From Dehalococcoidia bacterium (GTDB taxonomy: Bacteria > Chloroflexota > Dehalococcoidia > Plut-88900): DNA of 64,000 nt. Positions 56,104-64,000 of this stretch are shown here, in pieces. Both the position numbers and the translations under genes were made by a program. Where the stretch lies: positions 32,001-96,000 of the forward strand of contig CBDFLQ010000007.1 of NCBI GenBank assembly GCA_965249275.1, read 5' to 3'. The notes beneath the pieces were generated by a model. It was given only the letters and a program-made list of their open reading frames with translations, did not search any database and was not told the DNA's origin. Position 1 is the first letter of the stretch. Each line of letters starts with the position of its first letter.

Positions 56104-57645
56104 ATGACTAAAGACTTCGACGCGATAATCATCGGTGGAGGCCACAATGGCCTCGTAGCCTCAGCTTACATGGCCAAAGCAGGAATGAGTGTCCTGGTGC
56201 TCGAGCGCCGACACATGGTCGGCGGCGCATGTGTCACCGAGGAACTAATCCCCGGCTTCCAGTTCTCTTCATGTGCCTACCTTTCGTGGCTCCTTCAGCC
56301 CAAGGTCGTCAAGGACATGGAGCTTCACAAGCATGGTCTCGAGTTGTACAGGCTCGACCCCCACTCCGCCCGGCCCTTCCCGGACGGGAGCGGCATGCTG
56401 TTCTGGGACGACGAGGAGCGGACTAAAGAGTCTGTCGGCAGAATCAGTCCGGGAGACGTCGAAGGGTACAGGGCGTGGTCGGAGTTCTGGGACAAAGCAG
56501 CCGAAATCATGCAGCCGTACATGCTCCAGCCGCCGCCCACCATGGAAGAAGTCGTGGAGCGTGTACGAGGCACCGAGCACGAGGATGTCCTCAATACCCT
56601 TGTCACGGTCAGCATGGGCGAGCTTCTGGACCGCTATTTCGAGTCGGAGAAGATCAAGTCCTGTATGGTTTATTCCCCCGACCCCCGGGGCCTTTGGGTC
56701 GTCGGCAACGCTCTTCCGTCCGCGTACTACGCCTGCAACCGCTACGTGGACCCCGCGGACACCGGACTGCCGAGGGGAGGCATGGGCGGCCTCACCCGTG
56801 CGATGGCTGCTTCAGCACGTTCCAGTGGGGTCTCCATACGGACCTCGGCCAAGGTAAAGAAGGTGATCATTAGGGAAGGCAAGGCTATAGGTGTAGAACT
56901 CGAGGACGAGGAGCAGATCGAAAGCGCGATAGTAGTATCCAACGCCGACCCCTTCCAAACTTTCCGCCATCTTGTCGGCCTCGAGAATCTTGATTCCGCC
57001 TTCTCAGATGCTCTGTCCAAGGCCAAGACCAACTTGACCCACCTGAAATTCCACTGTGCGCTGCGGGAAGCCCCCGACTTCTCTCGCCACTTCCCTGACC
57101 AGGAGTCGAACAAATACATGGGTATGATGGACATATGCCCATCGCCTGAATACTTCCAGAACAGCTGCCGGGACACTGCAGAAGGCCGCTTCACCGATTC
57201 CCCTATTCTCGAGTTTCAAGTTCCTACTGTACTCGACGACTCCCTTGCACCGAATGGCAATCACATACTCTCGGCCTTCATCTTACACGCCCCCCGTGTG
57301 TTGGCCTCCGGGTCCTGGGACGACGCCCGGGAGGAGACCGCCGAGAAACTAATCGATAAGATCACTGAGTACGCTCCTAACTTCCGAGACGCGGTCATAG
57401 ACTGGCGGCTGATCACGCCTGACGACATGGAGAGCAGGGTCGGCCTGACGAACGGCAATATCCATCACCTGGACCTGGTGGATTCCCAGATGCTCTCCAA
57501 CCGCCCCCTTCCCGGCTGGTCCGACTACCGGACGCCGATTGAGGGACTATATCTCTGCGGGGCCGGGACCCATCCAGGCGGTGAAGTCACGGGGGCCCCG
57601 GGGCACAACGCGGCTCACCAAGTTTTGAAAGACTGGGCCTCCTGA
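56104..57645 (+). CDS. Phytoene-dehydrogenase-like FAD oxidoreductase
   Basis: IIGGGHNGL, GGMGGL, GNIHH and LYLCGAGTHPGGEVTGAPGHNAA. Confidence 0.9.
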   Translation: MTKDFDAIIIGGGHNGLVASAYMAKAGMSVLVLERRHMVGGACVTEELIPGFQFSSCAYLSWLLQPKVVKDMELHKHGLELYRLDPHSARPFPDGSGMLFWDDEERTKESVGRISPGDVEGYRAWSEFWDKAAEIMQPYMLQPPPTMEEVVERVRGTEHEDVLNTLVTVSMGELLDRYFESEKIKSCMVYSPDPRGLWVVGNALPSAYYACNRYVDPADTGLPRGGMGGLTRAMAASARSSGVSIRTSAKVKKVIIREGKAIGVELEDEEQIESAIVVSNADPFQTFRHLVGLENLDSAFSDALSKAKTNLTHLKFHCALREAPDFSRHFPDQESNKYMGMMDICPSPEYFQNSCRDTAEGRFTDSPILEFQVPTVLDDSLAPNGNHILSAFILHAPRVLASGSWDDAREETAEKLIDKITEYAPNFRDAVIDWRLITPDDMESRVGLTNGNIHHLDLVDSQMLSNRPLPGWSDYRTPIEGLYLCGAGTHPGGEVTGAPGHNAAHQVLKDWAS

Positions 57646-57685
57646 CCGAGGCCGGACAATTTTGATGAAACGGAGACCTAGCTAG

Positions 57686-58816
57686 ATGGCCAGAAACGGG
57701 TTCAAAGTGTTGGACAGCGACATGCACGTCATGGAGCCTTCCGACCTGTGGCAGACCTACACCGATGCCAAATTCCGAGACCGCGCACCAGTATTCCGCG
57801 GCGTGGAAACGAGCCACGGGTTCACCAACAAGTGGATAGTCGAGGGTAGGATTTTCCCTGCTCATTCCGACAGGAAACCTCGGACAGAGGTACTTGCCGG
57901 TCGGCACGAGGCGATAACAGACAGGTTCGCCAAGGCACGGGCCGCCAAGTTCGACAACGTCACCCAGTTGGAAGCCCTCAAGGTTGAAGGTATCGACATA
58001 GCGGTGCTGTTCCGCACATTCGGGGCTCACGTTATTGCCCTCGACGGTCTGGACCCCGACCTCGCCCTCGCCATCTGCGCCGCCTTCAACGACTGGCTCC
58101 ATGACTTCTGCTCCGCCGACCCGTCTCGGCTTAAAAGCGCTGCCCAGATGCCCATGCACGACGTCGAGAAGGCCACCCAGGAGGCCCGCCGCGCCGTAAA
58201 AGAGCTGGGCATGGTGGCGCTCGTTCTACCCTCCAACCCGGTCAATGACAGGCCCTGGTACGACCCCTACTATGACCCGTTCTGGCAAGAAGCCGAGTCA
58301 TTGGGAGTGCCGGTCTGCTTCCACGGCATTCAGGGGGCCTATCAACAGCACATCGGGACCCGGTTCCTGGATTCCTTCGTCATAGCCCACGCCGCCACAC
58401 ACCCTTTGGAGTTGATGATGGACGTGGGCAGCATGATTGGTGGAGGTGTGCTGGAGCGGTTCCCGACCCTCAAGGCAGGGTTCCTCGAAGGCAACTGCAG
58501 CTGGCTTCCCTGGTGGCTCTGGCGGCTGGACGAGGAGTGGGAAACCTTCGGCCCGTGGGAGAGGACAAAGCTCCAGGGCCCGCCCTCCGAATACTTCCGA
58601 CGCCAGAGCTTCATCTCCGTGGACGTGGACGAGTTCATGGTCAAGAACGTCATCGAGACTGTCGGGGACGACAACCTTGTCCTTTCCACTGACTACCCCC
58701 ACCACGACTCCAAGTATCCCGATGCCCTGGCCACCTTCCTGGAGATGGACGTCGTCCCCGAACCTTCGAGGAAGAAGATCCTCTGGGACAACTGCGCCAG
58801 GCTCTACGGCATATAA
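57686..58816 (+). CDS. Amidohydrolase_2 family protein
   Basis: LDSDMHVMEP, VCFH, GGVLERFP, FLEG and STDYPHHD. Confidence 0.9.
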   Translation: MARNGFKVLDSDMHVMEPSDLWQTYTDAKFRDRAPVFRGVETSHGFTNKWIVEGRIFPAHSDRKPRTEVLAGRHEAITDRFAKARAAKFDNVTQLEALKVEGIDIAVLFRTFGAHVIALDGLDPDLALAICAAFNDWLHDFCSADPSRLKSAAQMPMHDVEKATQEARRAVKELGMVALVLPSNPVNDRPWYDPYYDPFWQEAESLGVPVCFHGIQGAYQQHIGTRFLDSFVIAHAATHPLELMMDVGSMIGGGVLERFPTLKAGFLEGNCSWLPWWLWRLDEEWETFGPWERTKLQGPPSEYFRRQSFISVDVDEFMVKNVIETVGDDNLVLSTDYPHHDSKYPDALATFLEMDVVPEPSRKKILWDNCARLYGI

Positions 58817-58860
58817 ACGTTTTACATAATCACATCGACATTGACATAAGAGAGGCATAA

Positions 58861-60018
58861 ATGGACATCGACAAGATCAGGTCGCAAATTCCCGTCTGTA
58901 GCAACCTTACCTACCTGAACACCGGTTGGTCGGGCCCGTCTCCCGAGCCGGTCCTCGACGCCATCAAGGCTAGGATCGACTACGAGTCGGCGGAAGGGCC
59001 TGTCAGCAAGCCGGTTCTTGAGTCCGGCCACGAAATCGAGGACGGCACCCGGCAGGCCGTGGCAGGCCTCCTGAACGTCGCCCCGGACGAGCTTGCGTTG
59101 ACCCAGAACACCACCGAGGGCCTGAACATGGTGATGGCCGGCTTCCCCTGGCAGGAAGGCGACGAGATCATCACATTCGACATCGAGCACCTGTCCGTAA
59201 TGATCCCATGCCTCTACGCAGAGAAAAGGCACGGGGTGAAGGTGCGGGTAGTCGAGTTGGGCACCAACGATGAATGGGACACGATCCTGAGCAAAGTCGA
59301 GGCGCAGATGAGTCCCCGCACTCGGATGATCGCCTTCAGCCACATCCAGTTTTCCTGTGGCCTGCGCATGCCCCTGGAGGGAATCCGCTCCCTGACCAAG
59401 GATAAGGGCATCTACATGCTGGTAGACGGGGCCCAGACCCCGGGCCACATCGCCCTTGACCTTTCAGGATCGGGCGTGGACTTCTACTTGACTCCCGGCC
59501 ACAAGTGGATGCTCGGGCCGGAGGGCACAGGCGCTCTGTTTATCAGGCGAGACCACATAGAGATGATCAATCCCTCCTACGTCGGGCACAGCGCCGTCAA
59601 CACTGAGAAAAAGCCCCTTGAATTCGAACTTTCCGGGATGAACAAGTTCAAAGTCAGCACCACCAGCGCAGCCCTGGCAGCGGGTTACGGAGCCGCCATC
59701 GGCTTCATCAACGACGCCGGCCCCACAGAGATCGAGGCCCGTAACATCGCCCTGTCCAGCTATCTGAAGGCCAAACTGCTGGAGCGTGGCGGCTACGATG
59801 TTCTCTCGCCGCTGGAAGGCCCGGGACTCTGCGGTCTCACTTCCTTCCGCGCCGAGGGCGCGACATCCCAGGAGATTGTAGATCGGTTGTGGGAAGACCA
59901 CAGGATCGTGGCCCGGTCGGTGGGCGGTGTGGATTGTGTCCGAATCTCCTCCGACTTCTACAACACGGAAGAAGAGCTCGACCGGCTCATGGAGGCGCTC
60001 TCGGCTATCGTAGCCTAG
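58861..60018 (+). CDS. Class V PLP-dependent enzyme (cysteine lyase/isopenicillin N epimerase-like)
   Basis: YLNTG, NTTEG, EH, VDGAQ, PLP lysine in GHKWMLGP, and RIS..FYNT. Confidence 0.88.
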   Translation: MDIDKIRSQIPVCSNLTYLNTGWSGPSPEPVLDAIKARIDYESAEGPVSKPVLESGHEIEDGTRQAVAGLLNVAPDELALTQNTTEGLNMVMAGFPWQEGDEIITFDIEHLSVMIPCLYAEKRHGVKVRVVELGTNDEWDTILSKVEAQMSPRTRMIAFSHIQFSCGLRMPLEGIRSLTKDKGIYMLVDGAQTPGHIALDLSGSGVDFYLTPGHKWMLGPEGTGALFIRRDHIEMINPSYVGHSAVNTEKKPLEFELSGMNKFKVSTTSAALAAGYGAAIGFINDAGPTEIEARNIALSSYLKAKLLERGGYDVLSPLEGPGLCGLTSFRAEGATSQEIVDRLWEDHRIVARSVGGVDCVRISSDFYNTEEELDRLMEALSAIVA

Positions 60019-61280
60019 GCTGTCAGCCTGCGCTCGACCAACCGGCCCCGCTTAAAGACGGCCGCCACGTCCGCCAACGCGGATGGATTCTTGCTAGGGT
60101 TGCCGTTCGCCACCAGGACGTCTGCCTGCTTCCCTGCCTCCAGGGTCCCGACTCTGTCGGAGATTCTGAGAGCCCTTGCCGCTTCGCTGGTTCCCGACAT
60201 CAAGGCTTCCATGGGGGTCAGCCCTGCCTTGGCTAAAGCCTCGATTTCCCGGGAAAAGTAACCGAACGGATATGCGCCCCAGCCGCAGTCGGAACCTGCC
60301 ACGAACTTGGCCCCCATTTCCCGTAGGCGGCTGCACTCGTCTATGCGTTCCTGCACGGCTCGCTCGCCCTTGACCACTTCCTGCTTGTCCTCGTCGGTGA
60401 GTTCCTGGGCCTCGGCCTTCTCCCTCAGCAGCCTGAGCCTCGACTGCCACATAGCGAGGGTTGGGTTGTTCCAAACACCCTTGGATACCAGCTTCTCGGC
60501 CACCGCTTCATTGAATTGGTAACTCTCGTCGGGATTGGCAAATACGCAATGTGCGATCATGGAAAATCCGGCGTCGACGGCCATCTCTATCCCCGCCGAG
60601 CATCGCGCATGTCCAAAGGTGGGCACGCCCTTCTCTCTCGCCGCGCCCGTAATGGCTTCCAGCTCTTCCAAACGGAAAGCTGCAGCGTAGGGTCGGGTCC
60701 CGAGGGTGCTCCCTCCGGTGGTCATTGCCTTCAGGAAGTCTGCGCCCGCATTCAGGTGCTCCTGGGCCTTGGCCCGTGCCTCCTCGGGCCCTGAGACCTC
60801 GGAGCCCATAAACCAGCAGTGCCCCCTGCGGATGGTGATGGGGTTGCCGCAGGCCAGCACGTCTGCCCCTATTACCGTTCCCTTCTCCAACGCAGCTTTC
60901 AACCGGAACCCGAGGTCATTCCACGCCCCGAGGTCGCACACGGTAGTGACCCCGGTTTCCAGAGCTATGCGCACGTTCCTGAATGAACGGGTCAGGCGAA
61001 TCTCGTCGTCATCCTCTGCGTTGACGTCCTCGCCCTTGCGGCTGTTACCGGGCATGTTGGTGTGGGTGTGGCAGTCGATGAGTCCGGGAACGATTGATGC
61101 TCCAGGGTATTCGAGCACGGGCCCCAAGACCGCGTCTTTGGCCTGGGCCTTCGGAATTACCCCTTTGATCAGCCCATCTTCAAGAACGAGGGCCGACCTC
61201 TCGTCAGCATCCCCTCCCAGGCCGTCGATGATCCTGTCGGCTATGAGGATTGATGTCCCGGATCCGTCGTGTTCAGGCAA
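60015..61280 (-). CDS. Amidohydrolase (imidazolonepropionase/prolidase-like)
   Basis: PGLIDCHTH, carbamylatable Lys in FLKAM, GHA, IAHC, AGSD and GKQADVL. Confidence 0.87.
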   Translation of the reverse strand: MPEHDGSGTSILIADRIIDGLGGDADERSALVLEDGLIKGVIPKAQAKDAVLGPVLEYPGASIVPGLIDCHTHTNMPGNSRKGEDVNAEDDDEIRLTRSFRNVRIALETGVTTVCDLGAWNDLGFRLKAALEKGTVIGADVLACGNPITIRRGHCWFMGSEVSGPEEARAKAQEHLNAGADFLKAMTTGGSTLGTRPYAAAFRLEELEAITGAAREKGVPTFGHARCSAGIEMAVDAGFSMIAHCVFANPDESYQFNEAVAEKLVSKGVWNNPTLAMWQSRLRLLREKAEAQELTDEDKQEVVKGERAVQERIDECSRLREMGAKFVAGSDCGWGAYPFGYFSREIEALAKAGLTPMEALMSGTSEAARALRISDRVGTLEAGKQADVLVANGNPSKNPSALADVAAVFKRGRLVERRLTA

Positions 61281-61312
61281 AAGATGCTCCCTTCGGAGAA
61301 TTCTGCTGGGCG

Positions 61313-61471
61313 CTAGTCCTGCTCATTCTGCATTTGCCGGTTCTTTGCAGCGTTCATTTGCCACTGCCGATCCTGGAGCCATAATATCACCACGGCTGTG
61401 GCGGCCACCCCGACGACTGATAGCGTAATAAACCCAATAGATGCCAAGAAATATAAGATCAATTTGCCCAT
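61313..61471 (-). CDS. 52-aa single-pass membrane microprotein
   Basis: MGKLILYFLASIGFITLSVVGVAATAVVILWLQDRQWQMNAAKNRQMQNEQD; strong GGGAGGT RBS. Confidence 0.6.
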   Translation of the reverse strand: MGKLILYFLASIGFITLSVVGVAATAVVILWLQDRQWQMNAAKNRQMQNEQD

Positions 61472-61535
61472 GCTATTACCTCCCGGAGACCCCGCGGCAC
61501 TAGGGCCTATTGCAGCATCCCGGCCGTTGAAATGA

Positions 61536-61610
61536 TGGTCGGGGTGGCCGGATTTGAACCGGCGACCTCATGGTCCCAAACCATGCGCGCTACCCCTGCG
61601 CTACACCCCG
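61536..61610 (-). tRNA. tRNA-Pro (anticodon TGG), CCA encoded
   Basis: CGGGGTG acceptor stem, anticodon arm CATGG-TT-TGG-GA-CCATG, T-loop TTCAAAT and 3' ACCA. Confidence 0.97.
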
Positions 61611-61729
61611 ATGGTCAAATCATATTCCGGGCCCGTATGCCGGTCAAGGAAAACGGCTCGGCACACGGCTCCGGAATGGACAATCCCCACCCCCCAAACT
61701 AGACTTCCCACCTGCCCGGAGATATTTCC

Positions 61730-61867
61730 ATGAACAACCGTAAGACGATATTGCTGATAGGGGCCTTTCTACTCGCAGCAGGCCTGAGCCTCTTGGCCCG
61801 ACTGCTTGACGATAGGAAGAAGGCCCGCACCCCTGAATCGGGACCTGGTCCCGATTCAGACGGATAA
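61730..61867 (+). CDS. 45-aa single-pass membrane microprotein
   Basis: MNNRKTILLIGAFLLAAGLSLLARLLDDRKKARTPESGPGPDSDG; GGAGA RBS; basic N-terminus followed by a hydrophobic helix. Confidence 0.45.
   Translation: MNNRKTILLIGAFLLAAGLSLLARLLDDRKKARTPESGPGPDSDG
61833..61859. other. Perfect 13-bp inverted repeat at convergent gene ends
   Basis: CTGAATCGGGACC-t-GGTCCCGATTCAG, overlapping the permease stop codon; no clear U tract. Confidence 0.6.
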
Positions 61868-62575
61868 GTCCCTGCGGGCGAATATCGCCAGCGCCGCTAG
61901 GTGCCCCCCTACTACGATTCCCCCCAGAATCCCTATTCCCATCCAGTCTACAGTCCCGCTGTGCAGCAGTTCGGACGGGTCGTAGTAGTGGAAGATGGAT
62001 ACGGACGCTAGCCACTTCAGCCCCTCGTAACCCGACCCTATCACCTCGGCCAGGTAGGCAATGAAGGTTATGACGGCGGCGAGGGCCAGGGCGGTTCTCT
62101 GGTTCGAGCACATTGCAGAGGCAATCAGCGTGTAGCTGAAGACCGTCATCACCAGCAGATAACCCACTGCGGTTGAAAGGGCCAGACGCTCAATTCTGAT
62201 ATCCGCCTCGATTACGGCCACTGCCAACGCGCTTGAGGCCCAACCGACAAAAGCCAACCCTGCGACAGCCAGCGCAAAGAACATGGACTTCCCGAGAGCC
62301 GTGTGTCGGCGGCGCAGCGGCAGGGTGCCGAGCGTCAACAGCATGTTGTCTCTCTGGTTGTTGGACAGGCAGCCGGACGAGAAAATCAGGGCATAGACTA
62401 CGAGATAGAAAACAAGGGAGCCTGTCGCGGGCATGGGTAGATGAGCCGGACCGTATGCGGGCATCTCCGGGTCCCAGAAAACCGAGAGCGCTCCTAATAC
62501 GAACAGTGCCAGGGCCCACGAGACCAGAGCCAATCGACTCATCTTGAAATGGAGATGCAGAAGACGGCTGGTCAT
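61856..62575 (-). CDS. ABC-2 type transporter permease
   Basis: About 6 TM segments, PLRR...GK, SIFHYY and C-terminal FARRDL. Confidence 0.85.
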   Translation of the reverse strand: MTSRLLHLHFKMSRLALVSWALALFVLGALSVFWDPEMPAYGPAHLPMPATGSLVFYLVVYALIFSSGCLSNNQRDNMLLTLGTLPLRRRHTALGKSMFFALAVAGLAFVGWASSALAVAVIEADIRIERLALSTAVGYLLVMTVFSYTLIASAMCSNQRTALALAAVITFIAYLAEVIGSGYEGLKWLASVSIFHYYDPSELLHSGTVDWMGIGILGGIVVGGHLAALAIFARRDLSV

Positions 62576-63480
62576 ACGTACGGGCCCGGGCCATAGCCCT
62601 TCATCATGTCCATCAGTATGTTCTCAACCGCATTGTCAATGACCTCGACGTCCTCCACGGAGTACTTGCCGAGCCTCTTTAGCAGGCTTCCCGCCTCCCC
62701 GTCCAGCGTTACCACCCACTCCCTGCCGTTGCGGCTGACCACCGACATGTTGTGAGTGATGATGTCCTGGAGCTCTACGTCTTCCCGAAAAATGATCTTC
62801 ACCCGCTTGCCGAGCTTCCGGTTCAACGTGGGCATTTCCCGGATGAAGTTCATATCGCCGTTAACGAGCGTGCCCACTCTATCGCTGACCTTGGCAGCCG
62901 TACGCGGTGAATCGGTCGAGATGACGATGGTCGTGCCTTTTCGCCTCTCCTCATCTACCAGGTCGTACATTACACGTTGAGAGGACTCGTCCAGGTTGTG
63001 AAAAGGGCTGTCCAGGAGAAGTATGGGTGGATTGTGCTGGAGAGCCAGCGCCCACTCCAGCCGCACCATCTCACCCCGTGAACAGTTGCCAATCTTCTCA
63101 GATTCGTTGATCTTAAGCCGCTCCACCAATTCTTGGCGCCTGGGGGCCCCTGCCTTTCGGGCTGTGGCGCTCAAGTCCATATATTCCCGCCCCGTTAGGT
63201 CTGGGTGGAACCGTTGGTCGCCGAATACACACCCGACCCTCTCCCTGATGTGGTCGGACTCCGATGCGCAATCGTAGCCCAGGACTTCCGCCGTGCCACG
63301 AGTGGGCCGTTTCAAGCCCAGGAGGATGTGCATTAACGTTGTCCTCCCGGAGCCGCTCGGCCCCAGGATAGCAAAGGTCTCACCTTCACCGACTTCGAAA
63401 TATACGCTCTCCAGCGCCACGGCGTTGCCGTAGTGCTTGGTGAGGTCGGTTACCTGGATGAAGCGCTCTTTCCTGAACAT
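62572..63480 (-). CDS. ABC transporter ATP-binding protein with degenerate motifs
   Basis: GPSGSGRTT, CSRGE, LLLDSP and ISTD; overall DrrA/CcmA-like layout. Confidence 0.85.
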   Translation of the reverse strand: MFRKERFIQVTDLTKHYGNAVALESVYFEVGEGETFAILGPSGSGRTTLMHILLGLKRPTRGTAEVLGYDCASESDHIRERVGCVFGDQRFHPDLTGREYMDLSATARKAGAPRRQELVERLKINESEKIGNCSRGEMVRLEWALALQHNPPILLLDSPFHNLDESSQRVMYDLVDEERRKGTTIVISTDSPRTAAKVSDRVGTLVNGDMNFIREMPTLNRKLGKRVKIIFREDVELQDIITHNMSVVSRNGREWVVTLDGEAGSLLKRLGKYSVEDVEVIDNAVENILMDMMKGYGPGPYV

Positions 63481-63547
63481 GCCCGCGCGATTTTACCCCT
63501 TTTGTCCTTCCCCCGCCCCTCCCGGCCCCACCCGATTTGCCGGTCTT

Positions 63548-64000
63548 TCAGTTGATGGAGAAGACGGACCCCTGCTCGGTCTTGGTGACCTGAATGCGAA
63601 CAGGGAAGGCCTCCTTTAGCTCGTCGATGTGGGTAATGACGATTATACGGTCGAAGTCTTCCTGTATCGAGTATATGGTGTCCAGCAGCTTTTCACGCCC
63701 CGCCCCGTCCTGTGTCCCGAACCCCTCGTCGATGAACAAGATGCGCAGCGGCGCTCCGGCCCGCCGAGTCAGCAGTCGGGAAATTGCCACCCGCAATGCA
63801 AAGTTGATGCGGAACGCCTCGCCGCCGCTGAACATTTCGTAGGGCCGAGCCCCGAGCTCGTCTGCAATGTTGATGTCCAGCGTCTCAATTGAGCCGCCGG
63901 TGCGCTTCTCACGCTGCGTCTCTATCTTGACGTGCATCCGGTTGTCGGTCATGCGGCTGAGAAGCCGGTTTGCCTCATCCTCGATCTCGGGCAGGACGGT
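63548..64000 (-). CDS. sbcC: SbcC/Rad50-type SMC ATPase, C-terminal part (runs off the window)
   Basis: Signature FSGGE, Walker B LFIDEGFGTQD and VITH. Confidence 0.9.
   Translation of the reverse strand, partial: TVLPEIEDEANRLLSRMTDNRMHVKIETQREKRTGGSIETLDINIADELGARPYEMFSGGEAFRINFALRVAISRLLTRRAGAPLRILFIDEGFGTQDGAGREKLLDTIYSIQEDFDRIIVITHIDELKEAFPVRIQVTKTEQGSVFSIN

Noticed and set aside
58861-60018. Selenocysteine lyase linked to the selenoprotein
   Set aside because: About 17 kb away and lacks the SufS/CsdA RxGxHC motif; nothing supports a link.

Overview
High-GC bacterial chromosomal segment. The gene content (three luciferase-like monooxygenases, at least five amidohydrolase-superfamily genes, a CaiB CoA-transferase, a xanthine-dehydrogenase-family Mo subunit, a DUF5679-type microprotein, a 10x FN3 surface protein) fits a Dehalococcoidia/SAR202-like Chloroflexota genome, possibly host-associated; this is inferred, not proven. 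Housekeeping anchors are smpB + tmRNA, rnhA + rnpB, tRNA-Pro(TGG), gnd and a partial sbcC. Signals the ORF track misses or splits: (1) a PrdB/GrdB-family selenoprotein at 41423-42238 (-) with an in-frame UGA, a SECIS-like hairpin and an unusual U-P-L-D motif; (2) ppx followed by two thymidylate-kinase-like paralogues (one intact P-loop, one K->R), resembling a heteromeric PPK3-type polyphosphate kinase; (3) two single-gene insertions, each bracketed by a dead duplicate of the neighbouring gene's end; (4) a GmrSD-like nuclease and a Na/Pi cotransporter, each broken by one in-frame stop; (5) three toxin-antitoxin pairs plus RtcB; (6) REP-like palindromes, a LexA-like box, structured-RNA candidates and several microproteins. 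I saw no CRISPR array, integrase or transposase. All calls come from reading motifs by eye; no database searches were run.
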